Under the pieces are notes generated by a model. That model searched no databases. It saw only the letters and a list, made by a program, of their open reading frames with translations, and was not told the DNA's origin. From the NCBI GenBank assembly GCA_002189035.1, contig NEEC01000008.1, positions 372,001 through 436,000 on the forward strand: a stretch of 64,000 bases of DNA, given 5' to 3'. Numbering within the stretch: the stretch's first letter is position 1; each line of letters begins with the position of its first letter. Shown piece after piece: positions 1 to 12,469 of this stretch. This DNA is from Utricularia gibba (taxonomy: Eukaryota; Plantae; Magnoliophyta). Both the position numbers and the translations under genes were made by a program.

Positions 1-399
1 AAGTACAACCACCACTCTTGGCTATCACTCCGTCATATCCTTGGCCACCTCCTTACCCCTAGTTCATGATACCCCATGTCGCATCGAGTCAGTCTAGTAC
101 TGGGATGGGACATGCGTATTGGAGATTACCATTTCCACCATCATATAGTGGTCCACATGATGCGACATGTCCGTCATCATCACGACGATGCAGGCGTGGG
201 TGGATGTATTTTGTCATAATAAACCATGATGTAAATCATTATCGAATAAGTTACTTTTATGAAAGTAGTTTGAAAAAAATCATATAGAAAATATCAAAGA
301 TAAATAACTTTTAATAGCAATTAATCAAAGTTGTTCAAACCATAAAATATCGAATTTATCAAACTATTCTGTTGATGGTGAATTCACTCCCCAATCCAT

Positions 400-2620
400 C
401 GCGTTGTGTATTCTTGTGGGATACTGTCTACCAACGATAGGATCATGGTATGGGGTCTAACCCAGGTAGGGGACATAGGTATCAGAATCAAGAGATTTGA
501 AAACCTCTTTACTCAAGAGATTTGTCGTAAAGCATGCAATATATTAAGACTAATCATGAGATTGTTGGCACTTACCTTCACCTTTTCAGCACCAGCAATA
601 GCATGAGAGCATGGAACACCATACTTAGTCCACTTTTCGGAACTACAAGTTTGATCACAAAGCATCACTTTGTATTAATAGCATCTCTCTTTCCTATGGG
701 TGACGGCTTCAATCTAAAATGATATATATTCACAGTCTCGAATTGGTGCACCTGGTGTGTCTTGGCTCGTTCTTGTGCTCTGTCCCAAAAACATTTTTTC
801 TCCTTTGAGAGAGTCCGCGTACATCGATAACAAATGTTATACACGAAGTAAAATAATAAAATATTAAAAACGCTCAATATTGTACCTGATGGTTTTCTGT
901 CATTGAGGTGATCTCCTATTTATGCTCGTAGAGGATGGTAGCTAACTTGTACAACGTAGTCTCAACAATTGTATTTGAGGGAAACCGACGACAAACCTTG
1001 AAAACGATGTTCATGATCTCTATTGCATTAGAAGTTAGATTCATGTAGCGTCTGTCCAAATCATATGAGAGTGTACATCTCTCAAATGAATCATTTTCCG
1101 GCTCAAAGAACCATACATAAGCTATCGAATTTTTCTTTTGAATCCTTTCGAGGTATATCATCAACTTTCTTGGATCATAGGTTGCTTCATATTGTAAGCC
1201 ATTTGCTTAATTATTTTGCTTCCAAACTTCTTGTTGAAGTTGGAAACATAATGATGCAAACACCAAAGTGGGCTAGATGGCCTTCTTGAAATCTAACGTA
1301 ATTTCTCACAATTGCAGCATGCCTGCAACTCTGTCCTAGATTATGCTAGCCTAGCCTTGACAAAAAAAGTGCTCATATATAAACTAGAGATATGCATCTC
1401 TACAATCCTTATCGATGAATGCATAGGCTAGCGGTAGGATGTGATCACCTCAATCATTGGTAGTGGCCATGAGCAACTTGTGGTCATAACATACATATAA
1501 AAAGATGGCATCAACCATAACAACAGTCATGCAAAACTTGAATGCTCGAATAAATGGATCATAGGCCCAAAAAACATAATGTATGATTTTATGGTCCTCT
1601 CCTTCAATAGTGGGAAAACAGTCCCACGAGACCACTGTACCCAGATTGGCCTACATGATTGCCACAAATAATACAAGTACCTTTTGCACCAATGATTCCA
1701 ATGTTTCATAGACCAACTCAAAAGCAAGTTGAGTACCATATCATGTATGTTCATAAGTAATCTTCTTCTGATATTTTTCAAAAATACCTTTTCGAGCATC
1801 TGCAACCTTAATCTCTACAACAAAGAAAAATTATTAAAAATGTAAACTATGTAAAGAAATTTAAGTAAAATTTAAACTATACCAGCTTCTTTATGTACAG
1901 TATGTATAAGTTCATATCCAATGAATAAATCAGAAAAGTTGCAATGTTCCACTCCATCCATGTATACCATGCAAGTATGTGTAAAGTACAGATTGATACT
2001 TGCCAAACTCCATCACGTATGGATCACATAATTCTTATGCGTTAATAACACTTAGGATTCATGTTAGCACGAGCACATTTGCCCTACTAGAATGTGGGTT
2101 GACTAACCGAAACACTAAATTCATATCTTTATTTTATATGATAGTGGGCAACACAATATTGGGAATGAACTTTACTAACAAATGTAATTCTCTTGTTCAA
2201 CACATACACCTTCTCATCGTAGCACCTATATTTGCCACCATATTTAAATTCCTCGAATATGAAAGTGTTTACCGGAATGTTTTGGAAAGGGGGTACTCAT
2301 CCCTTACGGAACACCCCAAAGAATCGTCGAGAGCGAGATCCAGACAATTGCGTCGCACGAGATGACTCAATTCCAGTCTTTGGTGCTTCATCCTCACAAA
2401 CATTCTTTGGAGGAGCTTCAGAATCCTCACTCGAGCCGGTGTCTTCACCGTCATTATCAAGGTCGACCATATCTTCAAAAAAAAAAGTCAATGACAATAA
2501 TTTCATACATTTAGAATTAATATCATTAAAATTACCTTCTAAGGGGAATCCTTCAGTCACATTCACACTTAAATTGTTATCATGTATTAAAAATAATGGC
2601 AATATTAATTCTAATGATAC
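400..2620 (-). mobile_element. Degenerate Mutator (MULE/MuDR) transposase remnant
   Basis: Minus-strand fragments in MULE order: MuDR-like YHIK*RYEFSV (~2.1 kb), VFWAYDPFIRAFKFCMTVVMVDAIFLY (1450-1635), RRYMNLTSNAIEIMNIVFKVCRRFP (916-1164) and SWIM finger DQTCSSEKWTKYGVPCSHAIA (~596-660). Multiple stops; boundaries approximate. Confidence 0.85.
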
Positions 2621-3496
2621 ACTTACAATTTAAATGTGAACGTTCACACTGAAAAGATACACTCTATAGTTGACATCCGGCATATTGGTACAAGATCATG
2701 AAGTAGTATGCGAACTTTCACCCTCATTGTTGGGCAAATTGACATTTTCGTTGTTAAATATTATATTACTTGAATATTGACATTTCCAAAAAATTGAAAA
2801 AATCCCTAATGTATTTATCCATTTTGAAATGGTAAAACAAATTTAAATTTAAATAAAAATAATTTATTGATAATAATAGCAATGTAATCAACAGTTTTAT
2901 GATTATAACAAAGTATCAAAAATTTAAATAAAAAAAATTATAAAAGAAAAAAAATGATATTACCAGATTTTTCTTCAATTTTAACTCTATTCAACTTTGA
3001 ATATGAATGAAAAATTTTGTGAAGATATGAGATATATATAGAAAAGTAAGTATGGGCTTAGCAGTAAGGTGTCATCAGTGATGGTGTGTTGCAATAAGAT
3101 GCCGTTGATGATGCCGTTTTATCTAAAGCACCATGAGTGATAATGTGAGTCATTTTCGAAACACAAAGCATCACTAATGATAACATATAATATTATTAAT
3201 ATAATATAATTATTGATTAATATTATTTAATTTAGTTTTTGGTCGTCACTGAAAGTCTCCGCCCATGATTTACGGTAATTTTTATTTTTTCGAAAGAACA
3301 CAAAAAAAATACAAAATAGAGAAAATTGATGCCAGTTGGAACGTGTTTGTAGGCTGCTTGGACCGCACATTTGATATTCTCCGGCCCAGGTGCAGCTTAA
3401 CGATGTATTTGAAGCTCGCGTTGACGTGTCGAATCACTGATGGTTTAGCACTACAAAATAAAGAGAGAACTACAAGCACACGACTTTCGTTTTTTT

Positions 3497-4489
3497 TCAG
3501 TTAGCCGCCGGGAGTGAATTGGGAGAATCGCATCTCCGCCGGATTTCACCGTTGTTCCCTGTCTTCACGCCGAGGACGCTGACCTTCTCCATCGCGTGAG
3601 CAAAGGCTTGGAAGAAAGCATTTTGATCCTTGGCGTACAGATCCACGAACGGCTTCGTTCTCTTATCGAACACCATAGCGTGATCGCTCGCAAGCAACGC
3701 CACGCCTCTCTGCAAATTGATGAAATAAGAGTTGTCGAATTTCCCAGGGGTCCTCGGATCGTTGAACGCAGCCATTGTAGGATCATTCTTGTGTTCCTCG
3801 CACAGTTTCCTCAAACCCTTGGCGTATTCCGGGTTCAAGGAGGGATCGACTTGAGATTTTTTGCTGAAATTGAAGATCCTGTTCGCGAATTCAGAGCAAT
3901 GTGCGAATCCGATGGTATGGGCGCCTGTAAGCGCCACCATTTCTTGTACATTGAAGCCCTTGGCGGCGAAGATGCCGATGATTTTGGTAATCGTCATGTT
4001 GGGGAGGGCGATATGGCCTTCCACATCGACGGCGTGGGAATTCAAGGAATCTTTCCGGCCGAGGTGGACGGGGTAGAACGGCCCACCGACCATAGAAACA
4101 AGATCTCGCGTCGCTTCAGATAAAATGTCGGAGCAGGATACGATTCCGGGGCAGGCGAGTTCAAGCTTTGTTTTGGCGCGGATGACGAGGTCGAAGGCAT
4201 CGCCTGGGAGAGCTTTGTTAACTTCGTGATCCCGTTCGGCTTTGTTGAAGGCGGTGGAGGATAGGAGAATAGAGGCGTCGCAGCCTCCGACTACGCAGTC
4301 GTGGAAGAAGAGGCGGAGGGCGCCAGCGGCGGTGGTGGGTATCGCCAATTGCTTCTCTAGCACCACGTCTTGGATTATTTTCGCGAAACTAGGGCAGCTC
4401 TTTCTGTAGTAGTCGACGGAAAGCTTCGACTGGGTTGGCGGCAGAATGCAGAGGAGGAACAGAAAATATATAAAAAACCTTGGCGCCAT
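3497..4489 (-). CDS. Class III secretory peroxidase (PER31/PER63-like clade), single exon
   Basis: 330-aa ORF with signal peptide, distal motif ALRLFFHDC, VSCSDIL, proximal His motif GAHTIG and C-terminal GEIRRRC. Confidence 0.96.
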   Translation of the reverse strand: MAPRFFIYFLFLLCILPPTQSKLSVDYYRKSCPSFAKIIQDVVLEKQLAIPTTAAGALRLFFHDCVVGGCDASILLSSTAFNKAERDHEVNKALPGDAFDLVIRAKTKLELACPGIVSCSDILSEATRDLVSMVGGPFYPVHLGRKDSLNSHAVDVEGHIALPNMTITKIIGIFAAKGFNVQEMVALTGAHTIGFAHCSEFANRIFNFSKKSQVDPSLNPEYAKGLRKLCEEHKNDPTMAAFNDPRTPGKFDNSYFINLQRGVALLASDHAMVFDKRTKPFVDLYAKDQNAFFQAFAHAMEKVSVLGVKTGNNGEIRRRCDSPNSLPAAN

Positions 4490-4853
4490 TCGTACGACGG
4501 CGGCGGCGGCGTTGTAGTGATGGAGACGTACAAGATCATCGCACTTACAAAGTACGGTAATTATGATAATTTTTTCCTAAATTTACCTGAGGTGAATAGA
4601 ATAAAACGGATAACCGTTCCCCATTTGTGGTATTTTTTTACTCTTTATTTCGAATTGGGCTCCCAATTTCATACATTTTGGGCCAAAGAAAGCAGCCAGG
4701 CCCAAAAATTTCGGGTTTTAAGCCCACTGTGTAGCTCATCGTTGCGGTCGAATCGCCCTTTGTTCCGCTTATTATAAACTCAGCTCTATCCCCATCCACT
4801 TTCCACAGTCAGTAGAATTCTCAATGCACTCTGAGCGCTGAATACGCCAACAA
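4490..4853. promoter_or_regulatory. Short divergent promoter region between peroxidase and EMB2004
   Basis: Head-to-head ATGs 365 bp apart; cluster of TGGGCY/RGCCCA site-II motifs at ~4655-4730. Confidence 0.6.
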
Positions 4854-7800
4854 ATGTCGTCAGCAGGTGCTTTGTCTCTGTATTCTCATCCTAAGGTATG
4901 GATGAAGCCTGATATGTTGATGTTCTTTCCGCGTTTTCATTCCCAGCTTGGGTTTACGTATAAGGTTTGGTGTCATCGTATTATAGATACTGCTCGAGTT
5001 TGATGAGAAATATGGAGGACAAGTATGTAGAGTAACCTGTAGGATAAATGGGTTGATCTGCTTTACGCGGGGCGTTACTCGTGCGGTGACGACTGTCAGG
5101 ATCAGTTCCCGACGATTGCATCTAGGAAGAGTGGTTACTAAGGCTGCGGCTTCTTCAGTTTTTGAAGGCGGCGAGTCGGGGCGTGGACGTAGTTCTCGCA
5201 GGGTTTACAGGGAATCCCAAGAGGCTTCTCCTTTTGCTCCACTTAAGGAAATTGGTTCTGCCGTTCTCCCTGCGGGCGCTTTTATTGTTGTAGTTTTTGG
5301 TATGCCTTTTTTTTGGGCTGATATTCTTTTTTATTTTTTATGATCGTTATGAGATATATGGTCTAGGAATTGGGCTGAAAATTCAAGGTAGAGGTGCTGT
5401 ATTCTTGTATGACGATGTCTTCACTTTTTATCTTTTCATTTCATACTATGGATTCATAGCTTATTAGTGTAATATGATTCAAATAAAAAATTATCCTTGA
5501 AAACATACGTTTTTTAATGGGTAACTAATCTATGAGTTCCAGTTTTCAGTGCTGTGGAAATTGGTCGAAAAGATTCTTGTGCCAAAGCCTTCCAAATCTA
5601 CAGAAAAGCTAACTAACGCTGGTCACGGGGTTAAATGGTCTGTTGCTCCTGGGACAAATTTGCTCACTCAGTTTGGGGACAAGGCTTTAAGGGAATCAAA
5701 GTCAAGGCTTAATGATTTTGCCAAGGAGCTTAGGACATTTGCAAATGTTGACATGTCAGGTAATATTTAGCTTTTATTGTTATACTTGTTCATAGATCTC
5801 TGTCTGTGTTCTTCTTTACCTTGTCCTTTCTTTGTTGGATCTTGATTATGTGGACACAAATATTTGATATATGTACGTAGGTCGCAACTTTGGAGATGAT
5901 GGACTTTTTTTCCTCGCAGAGAGTTTAGCATACAATCAGGTGGAAGCTTTTTGGGAGAACCTTATTTTTATGAATACATCTCATCACGAGAGTGTCTATG
6001 TATTGTTCTGCTTGCCCTTCTTTGTTTCAGACAGTTGAAGAAGTAAGTTTTGCTGCAAATGGGATAACCGCTGAGGGGATGAAGGCATTTGATGGTATAT
6101 TACGATCAAATGTTGCTCTAAAATCTCTTGACTTGTCAGGGAATTCTATTGGAGATGAGGGTCTAATTGTGAGCACCAATCCAAGATGTACTTAATTTTG
6201 TCTAGAGTGAGGAAGACTGTTATGCGATTTTTGCTTCACTGACATTTTCTTATTTCCAAGATTTCCATCTTCATGCTATAAGAGTTTTTATCTTTTTACA
6301 GTATTTATGCAGTGCTCTGTCCGAAAATTCTGGTATTCAGAGGCTACAACTCAGTAGTTGTGCTTTTGGGGATGAGGTTACCTTACTTAGACATTTCGAT
6401 ACACATTTATATGTAAGATGGCGTGCATTTTATCCTACCAATTTTTTTTGTGTTAGGGAGCGAAAGCCATTGCTGATATGTTAAAGAAGAATTCAACCAT
6501 GCGTCTTATTGATCTCAACAACAATTTAATCGATTTCACAGTAAGAAATTTTAATTTAATATCATTGCTAATGTTTTTGTGTCCAAGGATCTTTCATCAT
6601 TCTATTGCAATGTATGTAGGGATTTTCAAGTCTTGGAGGTGCTCTTCTTGAGAATAAGAGTTTACTATCACTATACTTAAAGTAAGGTTCTACTAGATAG
6701 TGCAATTTCTTGCTGATATGTGTGTCTAATGCTGATAACTTATAATGTTATTGAAATAATGTGCTTTGCAACCGCATGTTCAATTATTTGATGTGGGTTG
6801 AGTGACGTTATGTGAATCTGAGCATCAATTTACATATTGTTGGACCAGTGGAAATTATGGTGGTCCACTAGGTGCTGCTGCTCTTGGAAAGGGATTAGAG
6901 GGAAACAAGTCGTTGAGGGTACACTCACTATTACTGTTTTTTTTTTTCTTTTTATGCTCATGATCTCTTAATTACCGAAGCATGATCGCTCGCAAGCAAT
7001 GCCACGCCTCTCTGCTTATGATCTCTTAATTACCGACTGTACATGTTCTGCAGTGTCTAGATTTTCATTGACATTAATATTATTTTTTTACCTGATTTAT
7101 TTTTTATGCATCCTTGATGCATAGGAACTGTTTTTGCAAGGAAACTCAATTGGTGATGAAGGAGTACGTGCATTGATTTCTGGGTTATCTCATCACAAGG
7201 GCAAGTCTTCTCAAGAAACCAAAAGTTTTCATTAACCATTCATGCGATATATTGTCATGTGTGTTGCTTTACAGGAAAGCTTACAGCTTTGAATCTTGCA
7301 AATAACTCAATTAGTGCCGAAGGAGCTTCTTATATTGCAGAGTACATTAGAAAGAGCAAGAGTTTGTTATGGATTAATCTTTACATGAATGATATTAAAG
7401 ATGAGGTAGAACATGCACTATTAAGATTACTATGAAATGGGCAGTTTACTCGTAAGCCATCGCTTCAGTTTTGCATATTTTCAGGGAGCTGAAAAGATAG
7501 CAGAAGCTTTGAAGCACAATCGCACAATTACAAATATTGATTTGGTAAGCAGAAAGAATGTCACCTTCCTTCTGAGTTAATTCCCCTTCTATTACACTGA
7601 CTAATGACAACCATACAGGGAGGAAATGATATACATGCTCAAGGATTTCTGAAATAGCGAGAGTTTTTAAAGATAATTCCCCCATTACCGCTGTCTGTTC
7701 CACCCGATGCTTCCTATATTTTCTTGGATTTTACAGCATGCACATAATCCTCATTTGAAATCATATTTCTCTTCTTAGTTGGAACTTGGTTATAATCCCA

Positions 7801-8584
7801 TTGGACCCGATGGTGCGAAGGTTCTATCTGAAGTTCTCAAGTTTAATGGAAATGTCAAAGATTTAATGCTAGGCTGGTGTCAGGTAAGAGCAAAATATTT
7901 GAATGCCGGACATTGCCCTGCAATTTTCCAGATTTCACATTGTGCCAATGTCGTATTACATGTGCAGATAGGTCCCACAGGTGCCGAATATATTGCAGAT
8001 ATGCTTAAGTATAATGCTACCATTTCTAGTTTGGATCTACGAGCCAATGGATTAAGAGATGAGGTTTGCATGCTTCTCTAGTGATTGACAATTAAGTTCT
8101 CGGATTGTGTCATGTTCTAGGCAACCATTAAAATTCTTGTGTTTACCTCACCACTTTTCGGATTCCATGGAATCTCATTGCACCGTTTTCAGGGTGTCAT
8201 CTGCCTTGCTCGTAGTTTGAAGGTTGTTAATGAAGCCTTGACATCATTAAACCTTGGATTCAATGAGATAAGGGTATGGATCCTCAGCAACGGGTATTTT
8301 GCATGATGCCACTGGCTTCTCATTAAATATTATACACAGGATGAAGGAGCATACGCTATAGCTCAAGCGCTCAAGTCTAACGAAGACATTGGCCTCACGT
8401 CACTGAATCTAATGAGCAACTTCATTACCAAGTTGGGGCAGGTTTGAGATTCACATTTAATGCCATTGTTCTTGGATCCCAAGTCAGTTTGATACAGTAC
8501 TTGAAATTCTCGCAGGTTGCCATCACGGATGCAACTGATCATGTGTATGAGATGAATGAAAAAGAGCTGAACGTCGTGTTCTAG
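4854..8584 (+). CDS. EMB2004: RNI-like leucine-rich-repeat protein (EMB2004/NLRC3-like, probably plastid-targeted), multi-exon
   Basis: ATG at 4854 (MSSAGALSLYSHPK, then GT donor). Repeated short LRR exons such as LKSLDLSGNSIGDEG, LELGYNPIGPDGAK and LDLRANGLRDE; stop TAG at 8582-8584. Orthology from recall of the Arabidopsis protein. Confidence 0.85.
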
Positions 8585-9183
8585 ATGGAATCTCATTGAA
8601 AATGGAGAATGGGGGAGCAGGGGAGCAGGGAATTTTTGACATCGAGAGCTCAGTGAAGTGATCGAATGAATCTCTTGATTCTTTCCGTGGGAGGGAGTAC
8701 ATATGTCGAAATCTTCACATGTTATGCAGATATTCGTACATTATCATCGGATAACCCTCATCTATCCTTGAACTAGAGAAACGTGTCAGATTCCATGGCT
8801 TTTCTTGAGTCTGCAACCTTGTGTTGTGTGTAACTCTTCTGCATTTCCATGGCTGTCATCGAGAATTGAGGATAACCTTGATCACACGGCACACTAGAAG
8901 CAAGTCTTTTTGAGACTCTACTGTGCGGAATCTCATGCAGACAAATGCTAAGCTCAAAAAGGCAACTTCGACCATGCAGGCTAAGAGATAAAAGCAGTAT
9001 CTGAAAAAAGAAAAACACCAGGAGTGCATCATCAACACAAATAATCATGTCTTCTTGACTCGTGAGGGGGGGATCCAATTTTTCTGTAACAGCCTTCTCG
9101 CGCTTCAGTCTACAGAAACTCCAGGTTTTGAAAGCAAAATCATCTGGTTTACATGGTATTAGTGAAGCTTTGGACATCACTGA

Positions 9184-10128
9184 CTAATTCCTGGACTGCA
9201 ACCTCCTCTTTTCCAGTTCGAGCTGAAGAGAGAATAAAAGGCATGACATATGATAACTGATGAGCTTGTAAACTGCAACTAGAAATCAAGCTCTCGAAGG
9301 ACTTGCCACTTTTCTAACACGTTCATTGGCAGCAGGAGTTCCACCGCTAACAGATTCAGGGAGATAGGGGCTGCTAACACGCACTTCATTCATGACAACA
9401 ATGGCTGTCTTGTCCCAGCGTACTGGAAGCCTATGGAAATTAATACCCCGCATCAGTACTACAAGAGCTTCAGCTCGAGGCAAAGAAACAGCAAGAAAAC
9501 GGTGAAGAAAGACTGGAATTCCGAGAATTCAACTCCTGTTCACAACAGTTCAACTTGCGCTCCCAAAGAACAAGGAATCAAGACTAACAACATACGTTTT
9601 GGATAAGGCGTTGAAAATACTCTGTGCCTCAGCTGTGACTCCGACTCCAATTCTCTCAGCATCAATCTCTGCTTGTCTGAAATCAGCGTCAGGATCAGTA
9701 AACTAAAGCACGAGAATGGGGACGACCAGCTTTTACCTTATTGCAGCCTCTTCCCTAGCCTGCAGAGTACTGAGATCAACAAAGCACTTCTTGATATCAA
9801 GTGGATCTTCACCATGTCCTAAAAAGGTGAACTCCTTGATGAAATTAGCCTTGAGCAGCCTTATATTCCTCTTCTGTCCAGACGCAGACCCAGGTTTCAC
9901 GCCATCCTGTGATTTCTCAAGAAGAGTTAAGGGGCCCGTAAACCCTAAATCAATACAGGAAACGATAGCAATGTGGAAGACAAGAAATTCCAGAAGGATA
10001 TGAAGTATGAGCAGGTTTGATGCGCGGTCAAAGGCGATAATTTGTGCTTGAAACTCTTCTCCAAGCGTCGTCTTTATCGACAAAATGCATCCTACTGCGA
10101 ATTCTTCATCTTGCCCCTGAACCTCCAT
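9184..10128 (-). CDS. LSM12: LSM12-like protein (Lsm + anticodon-binding AD domain), multi-exon
   Basis: FAVGCILSIKTTLGEEFQAQIIAFDRASNLLIL; RNIRLLKANFIKEF; IGVGVTAEAQSIF; LPVRWDKTAIVVMNEVRVSSPY; last exon LELEKRRLQSRN*. Confidence 0.9.
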
Positions 10129-10618
10129 CGTTGCTGGCTTGCTGCCCTCTTCTCACCAATTAATTCCCCATGTTCTCCTCCTCCTGTTAGATATTTCCAT
10201 GAATGTAAACCCTAACCAACGGATGATTCAACTACCAACTTGAGTACATTCTGATGAGATTTCGTACGTTTGGGGCTGCACCCGGGAGAGATTCGTTCAA
10301 CAGTCCTGGGCCGAGCCCATTGGTAGTGCTCTGATCTCATGGACTGGACCCAATATTGGGCCAGCCCATCCCGCCCCACCCCACCATACCTGTTGCCATT
10401 GAGACGCGCCGGGGCTGGTTCTTGCAGTCGATCGTGCAAGGTGTTTCTCCAAATGGCAACGAGTAGCCTTGTTGTGGTTTGCCGCTCTCCAACTGGAACC
10501 CAAGGAGAAGAATCGGTGGTGTCGTAGCGGCGTGTGTTTTGTGTCCCTTAGGCTAAACTCTCGCCAAAACACTTGGAAATGGGGGCGTAAGCGTGTATTA
10601 TTTTACAATATATGAGTG
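10129..10618. promoter_or_regulatory. Short divergent promoter region between LSM12 and ENT1
   Basis: Head-to-head ATGs ~490 bp apart; telo-box AAACCCTA at ~10207 and several TGGGCC/GGCCCA motifs at 10305-10370. Confidence 0.6.
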
Positions 10619-12102
10619 ATGACGACAACAGAACCTCCCATCCACGATTCGTCGCCTGTAGCGCTAATTGGAAAGAAGCCTCCGCTGCAAGGACCGATGG
10701 GTTTACCGACAGTTGCTACCGCCGCCGAATCAGTCGATAACGATGCTGAATCTGCGCTCCTGATCTCCCGCACAGCGGGCCCGCGAAAGATCCCACAAGA
10801 TTCCTTCAACTTTGCGTACATCATATACTTTACGCTGGGGACAGGGTACCTACTTCCCTGGAACGCGTTCATCACTGCCGTCGATTACTTTGCATACCTC
10901 TATCCCGATGCCTCCGTCGATCGCGTAATCGGCGTAGTTTATATGCTTGTGGGTCTGGCCTCTGTGACGCTGATAATTGGGTATGCTCACAAATCCAATG
11001 CCTTTTGGAGGATTAATGTGGGTTATGCGCTGTTTCTTGTAGCCCTATTAGGAGTGCCCTTGGTGGACTTGTTCTACGTCAAGGGTCAGGTTGGGGTGTA
11101 CGGTGGGTATTACCTGACGGTTGCTTTAGTGGATTGTGTGGTGTCGCTGATGGTTTGGTGCAGGGAGGTGTTGTGGGGAGTGCTGGGGAATTGCCCGTGA
11201 GATATATGCAAGCTGTGGTTGCTGGAACGGCTGCTTCAGGTAATAACATTCTTTCTTTGTTGATTAGTTTTAGGTTAACAATTATTGCAAGCTGATCAGG
11301 TTAAACAGTTTGGATGTGTCTATGCTGTTGCATAAGAAGGGGTTTCCAATAGTCTCCCTTAATGTGTCCAGGTGTACTCGTGTCAGCACTCAGAGTTATA
11401 ACAAAGGCTGTATATCCTCATGATTCCCGTGGATTGAGACAAAGTGCAAACCTTTATTTCATCGTCAGTATTGTCATGATGGTATTGAACATAGTTTTTT
11501 ACAATGCGGCGCATAAACTTCCTGTCATCAAGTATTACAGTGATCTGAAATCTGAGGCTGTAAGTTGCGAGAAAGAACAGAAAGGTGAAATTACTGGAAG
11601 AGTTTGGAGAGCAACCTTGTGGGAAATTGTGAGGGCTGTAAAATGGTATGGGCTTAGCATCCTGATAATATATGTGGTGACATTGGCTATCTTTCCTGGA
11701 TCACTTACAGAAGATGTGCATTCTGATTATCTTGGGGACTGGTATCCGATCATTATAATTTCAGCATACAACGTGTTTGATCTGGTTGGGAAGTCTTTGA
11801 CTCCAGTTTACCTTGTACAGAATTCCAAAGTTGCCATTGTTTCCTCTTTTGCAAGGTTGCTGTTTTTCCCTCTCTTCTATCTTTGCTTGCATGGTCCAGA
11901 GTTCCTTGGAACAGAGGTCCCGGTTGTGCTGTTGTCTTGTCTTCTAGGCCTCACCAATGGTTACCTTTCTAGCGTGTTGTTTATTTTGACCCCCAAATCG
12001 GTTCCATTGCAACATGCTGAGACTGCAGGAATCGTGCTCGTTCTGTACATGCTTGTTGGCCTAGCAGCTGGTTCGGTGATTTCCTGGTTCTGGGTCCTGT
12101 AG
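10619..12102 (+). CDS. ENT1: Equilibrative nucleoside transporter 1, two exons, with an apparent 1-bp frameshift at ~11131
   Basis: AYIIYFTLGTGYLLPWNAFITAVDYF and NVFDLVGKSL, GLTNGYL. After 11132 the conserved GVADGLVQGG...LPVRYMQAVVAGTAASG continues in a shifted frame up to the GT donor at ~11240. An alternative in-frame ATG lies at 10697. Confidence 0.9.
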
Positions 12103-12469
12103 ATACTAATGTTCTCTACCCAAGGCCAATGCTCCTTCCTATCTCTCGCTATGCACGTGGCTTGTCAATTCAATCAACCGCGGGTTGTATAATGTTGAAT
12201 TGTTATGTAACATTTGGCGATGAGATATTCTTTCTGTTATCTGAATCCTCATTGTAATTCTTGAGATGGGATGCAATGCATCCTTGAACTTGCCATGCTA
12301 TTTCAGTTACCATTAAGCCTGTTTTTTTTTCATCTGCATATTGGCGGCTGCATCTGCTATTGGAAGCAGTGCAGGGGTGATCATGCCAACTTGATTTTAG
12401 TTCTTTGTATGGTTGAAAAATCAACCGCAAAATTATGATCAAGATTTTTTTTAAGTCAAGACATGCAAG

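Noticed and set aside
3497-4489. Intronless peroxidase as a recent retrogene
   Set aside because: To my recollection the PER31/63 clade is commonly intron-poor; no poly(A) tail or TSD is visible.
3596-4777. Plus-strand ORFs (175, 71 and 135 aa)
   Set aside because: Antisense shadows of the GC-rich peroxidase CDS.
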